Part shown: in pieces, positions 61,701-64,000 of the stretch
How positions within the stretch are numbered: position 1 is the stretch's first letter
Layout: each line of letters starts with the position of its first letter
Notes under the pieces: generated by a model
Told to the model about the DNA's origin: nothing
Database searches by the model: none
Seen by the model: the letters and a program-made list of their open reading frames with translations, nothing else
From: Phoronis australis
Taxonomy: Eukaryota; Animalia; Phoronida
NCBI GenBank assembly: GCA_002633005.1
Contig: NMRA01000108.1
Span: forward strand, 761,855 to 825,854
Direction: 5' to 3'
DNA: 64,000 nucleotides
Made by a program: the position numbers and the translations under genes

Positions 61701-62594
61701 TGAATGAAGTTTTAGCCAAGCAATTATGAGCGCATTACGGACTAGAAATGATCTGTAGAAATTATATCAGTGTATATTTGTAGTGACTGCATTTCTTATC
61801 TGCTGAGAGTTAATCATTTTCAGAAATGGTCATGTGGAGCATAAGACCAAATTTCTGACTTAAGTCATAAGTCACTGTTCGTGAAAGAGACCTCTGATGT
61901 TAAATATATAATTATCTACTTTCTTCACTGACATTTTTTCTCTTTCAAATCAATGTTGTCGCATTCTTATCCCTTGTTTGTATTGAAATAAATGGTCAGT
62001 TCTCGTGGCCTTGGGGATTGAAACTGATGATGGGCGTGAACTGAAGAACTAATGATGGGACAGTTCTCCTCAAAACTAGAAATTCCTTCTAACTAGAGTA
62101 TGGAGGAAGATGAGACGGGTGTTATTTTTGTACCATTATGTGGCCTAAGTCAAATTTTGGAAGGTAAGTTGACTAAAATAAACACCCAAGTTGGACTTGA
62201 TTTGTTGTAAATTTGTTATTGCTAGATATAGGCAACCTATGTTTTGATACGAGATTGGATCTTGTGTTTTAAACTTGAAAACACTTGATCTTGCTGTTAA
62301 TGTAGGTACTGTGTTGATTTTGTGCATATATTAGTTTTTCTCCCCCTCATCAACTAGGGGGCAGTAGAAGTCTCTGGCCCTGCCTCAATTATTGTCTTTA
62401 CTTTGCATGCGTGTCCCATTCATACCATCACTTCACGTTGTTTTTGCACCACTAGGTGACACTACAAGGTATACCCTCCAACCCAGAAGAGCTGGACAAC
62501 TACTACAAGAACAGGGGTCCCATACCCAAATTCTCGAATAACTTTGGCTGTATTCAGGATGTTGTTGGATTCAAGTCGGACGTGTCAGCACTAG
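31579..62594 (+). CDS. alpha2delta / CACHD1-family protein (signal peptide, VWA_N, VWA, two dCache units); 3' end beyond window (whole span of 19 exons)
   Basis: 19 GT-AG exons all in phase; motifs LRWQYFGS, YDPRVRPWY, KDVIVVLDCSLS, FVTDG, WTSPYLD, GVAAVD, YDPSKRPWF, TPYMDAAG. Confidence 0.92.
31822..31989. mobile_element. Fold-back MITE
   Basis: aaaaacagacaatt..gcgcaaatgaagaagttc inverted to gaacttcttcatttgtgcg..attgtctgttttt. Confidence 0.65.
33213..33362 (+). CDS. alpha2delta/CACHD1-like exon 2
   Basis: aacttcag|CTG...CAG|gtaaga; LASDGIRRDFTQQLF...LDRYFSNKKAAAQ. Confidence 0.85.
35001..35300. mobile_element. MITE with GGCCAAAA termini; related copy near 57505-57872
   Basis: ttaaggccaaaa...ttttttggcttaa; shared internal tttgaaaa.gtgagcaactaaa. 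Confidence 0.5.
35322..35574 (+). mobile_element. hAT-like MITE with 6-bp TSD
   Basis: attata|gagggcttggaat...attccaagctctg|attata. Confidence 0.8.
37880..38125 (-). mobile_element. tRNA-derived SINE
   Basis: Minus strand tggcctaatg (A box) and ggttcgagtcc (B box) with intact T-stem but unpaired acceptor/anticodon stems, followed by body and AT-rich tail. Confidence 0.6.
39900..40300 (-). mobile_element. Degenerate L1/Tx1-type non-LTR retrotransposon 3' fragment (zf-RVT region)
   Basis: LCTNSCLYKIGVSDSSSCTFCNKAPETLVHLF...NVLFG followed by stops. Confidence 0.7.
40588..40733 (+). CDS. alpha2delta/CACHD1-like exon 3
   Basis: attgcag|AAA...CC|gtgagt; KIAKRAQELY...NMEMS. Confidence 0.85.
42334..42486 (+). 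CDS. alpha2delta/CACHD1-like exon 4 (VWA_N)
   Basis: gttgcag|C...AG|gttggg; YFKQEVSFNYSTVKIS...LEDVFRDNYLKDKYL. Confidence 0.88.
43425..43589 (+). CDS. alpha2delta/CACHD1-like exon 5
   Basis: WQYFGSMAGVTRLFPG...YDPRVRPWYIAATSGPKDVIVVLDC. Confidence 0.92.
44714..44837 (+). CDS. alpha2delta/CACHD1-like exon 6 (VWA)
   Basis: ttacag|T TTG TCA ATG completes DCSLS; INTLTKQDYVNVI; CAG|gtaggc. Confidence 0.9.
45416..45552 (+). CDS. alpha2delta/CACHD1-like exon 7 (VWA)
   Basis: VGKWHF...SCQQDHMVQATNAHRKDL...LEPGGTSEL; GA|gtgagt. Confidence 0.9.
46224..46443 (+). CDS. alpha2delta/CACHD1-like exon 8 (VWA)
   Basis: KGFEVALDLF...CQSILVFVTDG...NMYSK|gtgagt. Confidence 0.9.
47054..47307 (+). CDS. alpha2delta/CACHD1-like exon 9
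   Basis: ARIFSY...LACDHRG...WTSPYLDSWGLGLMVTHAVPV. Confidence 0.92.
47617..47761 (+). CDS. alpha2delta/CACHD1-like exon 10 (Cache)
   Basis: TIGVAAVDATL...YSFLINKQGETIYHPSL; |gtaagt. Confidence 0.92.
48255..48404 (+). CDS. alpha2delta/CACHD1-like exon 11
   Basis: LLEDPIFIPINQLE...EVREAMMRGEMGS; |gtaagt. Confidence 0.9.
48496..49006 (+). mobile_element. Full-length hAT-like MITE with perfect 13-bp TIRs and 6-bp TSD
   Basis: aggata|cagggcttggaat...attccaagccctg|aggata; repeated ccgcg subterminal motifs. Confidence 0.88.
50212..50690. mobile_element. Harbinger-like MITE
   Basis: ggctacgtcacactgt...acagtgtgaccgtggc imperfect TIRs; internal ccatgg/ccgtgg motifs. Confidence 0.5.
51371..51481 (+). 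CDS. alpha2delta/CACHD1-like exon 12
   Basis: attacag|GGT...AAG|gtaaga; ATYYYSALNDSEYAFAFSL. Confidence 0.88.
51715..51788. repeat. ~22-bp minisatellite x3
   Basis: cctttatagtcacttaccag repeated. Confidence 0.8.
52274..52514 (+). mobile_element. HINE/Helentron-like element, runs into N-gap (52515-52586)
   Basis: tttttatgcgcccacatatttatatgtgg terminus plus (gtcc)n microsatellite; near-identical to 63333 copy. Confidence 0.75.
52817..52991 (+). CDS. alpha2delta/CACHD1-like exon 13
   Basis: gctatag|GAG...ACA G|gtgaga; open in the expected phase. Confidence 0.85.
53783..53945 (+). CDS. alpha2delta/CACHD1-like exon 14
   Basis: ctctctag|AC...AG|gtaacg; SSIFFAPKCHCDPNAY. Confidence 0.87.
53908..54060. 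repeat. 62-bp tandem repeat (~2.5 units) spanning the exon 14 donor
   Basis: ggatgtgacaagggaggtcact starts at 53908, 53970 and 54032. Confidence 0.9.
55170..56235 (+). pseudogene. Frameshifted, truncated THAP-domain transposase
   Basis: THAP C2CH, then KFIV...LELFRRCQVC...C..GH...W, ...DSPGRSAKYTTY across three frames; catalytic core deleted. Confidence 0.82.
56230..56506 (-). pseudogene. Truncated second Kolobok ORF (KolX / P2X7-ballast-like Cys-rich protein)
   Basis: aaaATGGCT start; acidic N-terminus, GYMFEP, WCKCTVCVVMPTSIECLCCSE. Confidence 0.75.
57999..58154 (+). CDS. alpha2delta/CACHD1-like exon 15 (second dCache)
   Basis: VKWTYVGIRSGVFRTYPG...YDPS; AA|gtaagc. Confidence 0.92.
59025..59239 (+). 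CDS. alpha2delta/CACHD1-like exon 16
   Basis: RPWFNRA...ISTPYMDAAGVGKIVTISQAV...GGCVCETNADCVI. Confidence 0.92.
59670..60270. repeat. ~19-20-bp minisatellite (ttactcagga(a/c)caccacacg) in two blocks within a ~400-bp duplication split by n at 59772
   Basis: Arrays at ~59670-59771 and ~60080-60270. Confidence 0.85.
60464..60674 (+). CDS. alpha2delta/CACHD1-like exon 17
   Basis: gttgcag|GT...AG|gtgagg; VCYRS...RCGTERVEAVTSLDI... Confidence 0.88.
60783..61013. repeat. 58-bp tandem repeat x4 derived from the exon 17 3' end and donor
   Basis: Units start at 60783, 60841, 60899 and 60957. Confidence 0.9.
61381..61591 (+). CDS. alpha2delta/CACHD1-like exon 18
   Basis: CYVFDNTAKLIIAPDF...KEAEVMKDL...IDFQGQC; AGG|gttagt. 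Confidence 0.9.
61645..61896. mobile_element. MITE with ~45-bp imperfect TIRs
   Basis: ggggtcagttttgtgaaatgtgacttacgacttaa / ttaagtcataagtcactgttcgtgaaagagacctc. Confidence 0.6.
62456..62594 (+). CDS. alpha2delta/CACHD1-like exon 19 (last in window)
   Basis: ccactag|GTG...CTA G|gtaagc; open, no stop reached. Confidence 0.82.
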
Positions 62595-63332
62595 GTAAGC
62601 TACCTCTAGAGAAGAAGTTAGTCTCCATACTATTCGAAATATGATTGTTTAACCCTCTGAATTTGTCGACACTTCCCGTGTAACAATAAAATATCGCTTA
62701 CTCATTGCGTGATTCAATTTCCTGACTTGTTCCAGAAATGATGCTGAAAATTTTCCTCTCGAAGTAATCGCATAGTTGTTATTTATGTTTAGAACCCATC
62801 TTGGTTTGTTTTAATTTGTGAATGAGGAAAGGCGGAAATCGATATCAGTCACAGGACAGTCCCAAATGTTAAGAATTTGCAATTTTGTTCTGAAAATGCC
62901 AAAGGAATACCTCGTGAGTGTTATGCCACGGTTGCATGTGTGTACAAAGCTCCAGAAAATTTTGCCCGAGTTCCGACAGACATTTGCAAATCATCAACGC
63001 AACGTAACTCCTAAAAAGGTTTATTCAGTAGTTTGGTATGATGTACCTTTGACGTTTTGGAGCATGTCAAATAAAATTAATATGCCTGAATTAAAAGCAA
63101 CAATAATTAAGTTGGATTTTCATAGCGCAGCAAATTATTAAGCACTTCAAAAGGTATTTCCAGGCTATGGATATGGTAAATCTTAATCCTTCACAACACC
63201 CTGGCAGCATGTAATGGATGCAACCATTGTTATCTTACACTGATTAATCCAAACAATTAACGTTGTAAGCATTTTAAGTGCTTAAGTGCCCCCGTGGAGA
63301 CTTGAATGGGAAAGAATCCAAGACGTGTGGAA

Positions 63333-64000
63333 TTTTTATTCGCCCACATATTTATATGTGGACGCATTGTGCTGTCATCTCTGTCCGTCCATCCGTCCGT
63401 ACCGGCGGCGTCCGTCCGGCGTCTGGCTTCCGGCGTCCGCTGCTTTATCTCCAAAACCCTTTGACATATGTTCATGAAATTTGGCACATATGTTCCATTC
63501 ATGAATGGGACGGCATGTGCGAACTTTCGGACGGATCCGACTACCGATGTGCCCCCTAGTGGCAATTTTAGTTTTTTACACTTACCTTTGTATCTTCAAA
63601 ATTCCTGAACGGATTTTCATGAAATTTGGTATGTAGGCACTTATTAGTGAGGTGACGCTATCCTCCTGTTTTCAGATGGATTCGACATAGTTTGCGCCAC
63701 CTAGTGGCCATTTTTAGTGTTTTTGAGTGTGTTTTTGTGCGTCAACCCCTCTCTATCAACCAAACCGCTCAAAGGATGATTGTGAAAATTGGCATGTATA
63801 TGCTTACTAGAGAACGATTGACGATGATTTTCGGACGATTTCGACTACTGTGGCGCCTCCTAGTGGCAGTTTTTTTTTTTCGCCTATCGCTGTATCTCTT
63901 AAACCGTTCGGAGGATCTTTACGAAATTGTGTAAGTATATTTATATGATGTTAACAACAGAACATGACGACTTTTGGACGGATCCGACTACCGGTGTGCC
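63333..64000 (+). mobile_element. HINE/Helentron-like element with ~150-bp repeats, continues past window end
   Basis: T-run terminus, ccacatatttatatgtgg hairpin, (gtcc)n microsatellite, then repeats. Confidence 0.75.

Overview
Intron-rich animal (marine-invertebrate-like bilaterian; taxon not determinable here) draft-assembly DNA with N-gaps. Three protein-coding genes can be rebuilt from GT-AG exons with consistent phases. (1) The 3' end of otoferlin (+), ending in two tandem, alternative 181-bp transmembrane-anchor exons. (2) A minus-strand gene (24480->8961) with an unusual TPR + Kelch-repeat + MYND zinc-finger architecture. (3) A divergently oriented alpha2delta/CACHD1-family gene (VWA_N, VWA with full MIDAS, two dCache units), 19 coding exons from 31579, running off the window end. 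The introns hold many DNA transposons: two copies of a Kolobok-type element (TTAA TSD, THAP transposase plus convergent P2X7-ballast-like ORF), hAT-like MITEs with 6-bp TSDs, a HINE/Helentron-like family whose ~150-bp internal repeats each carry a CTCF-like motif, Harbinger-like MITEs, tRNA-derived SINE pieces and an L1/Tx1 relic. A recurring oddity is that exon 3' ends, including their splice donors, have been tandemly copied into the adjacent intron at four exons. Coordinates were read by eye; TE family calls are inferences without database searches.
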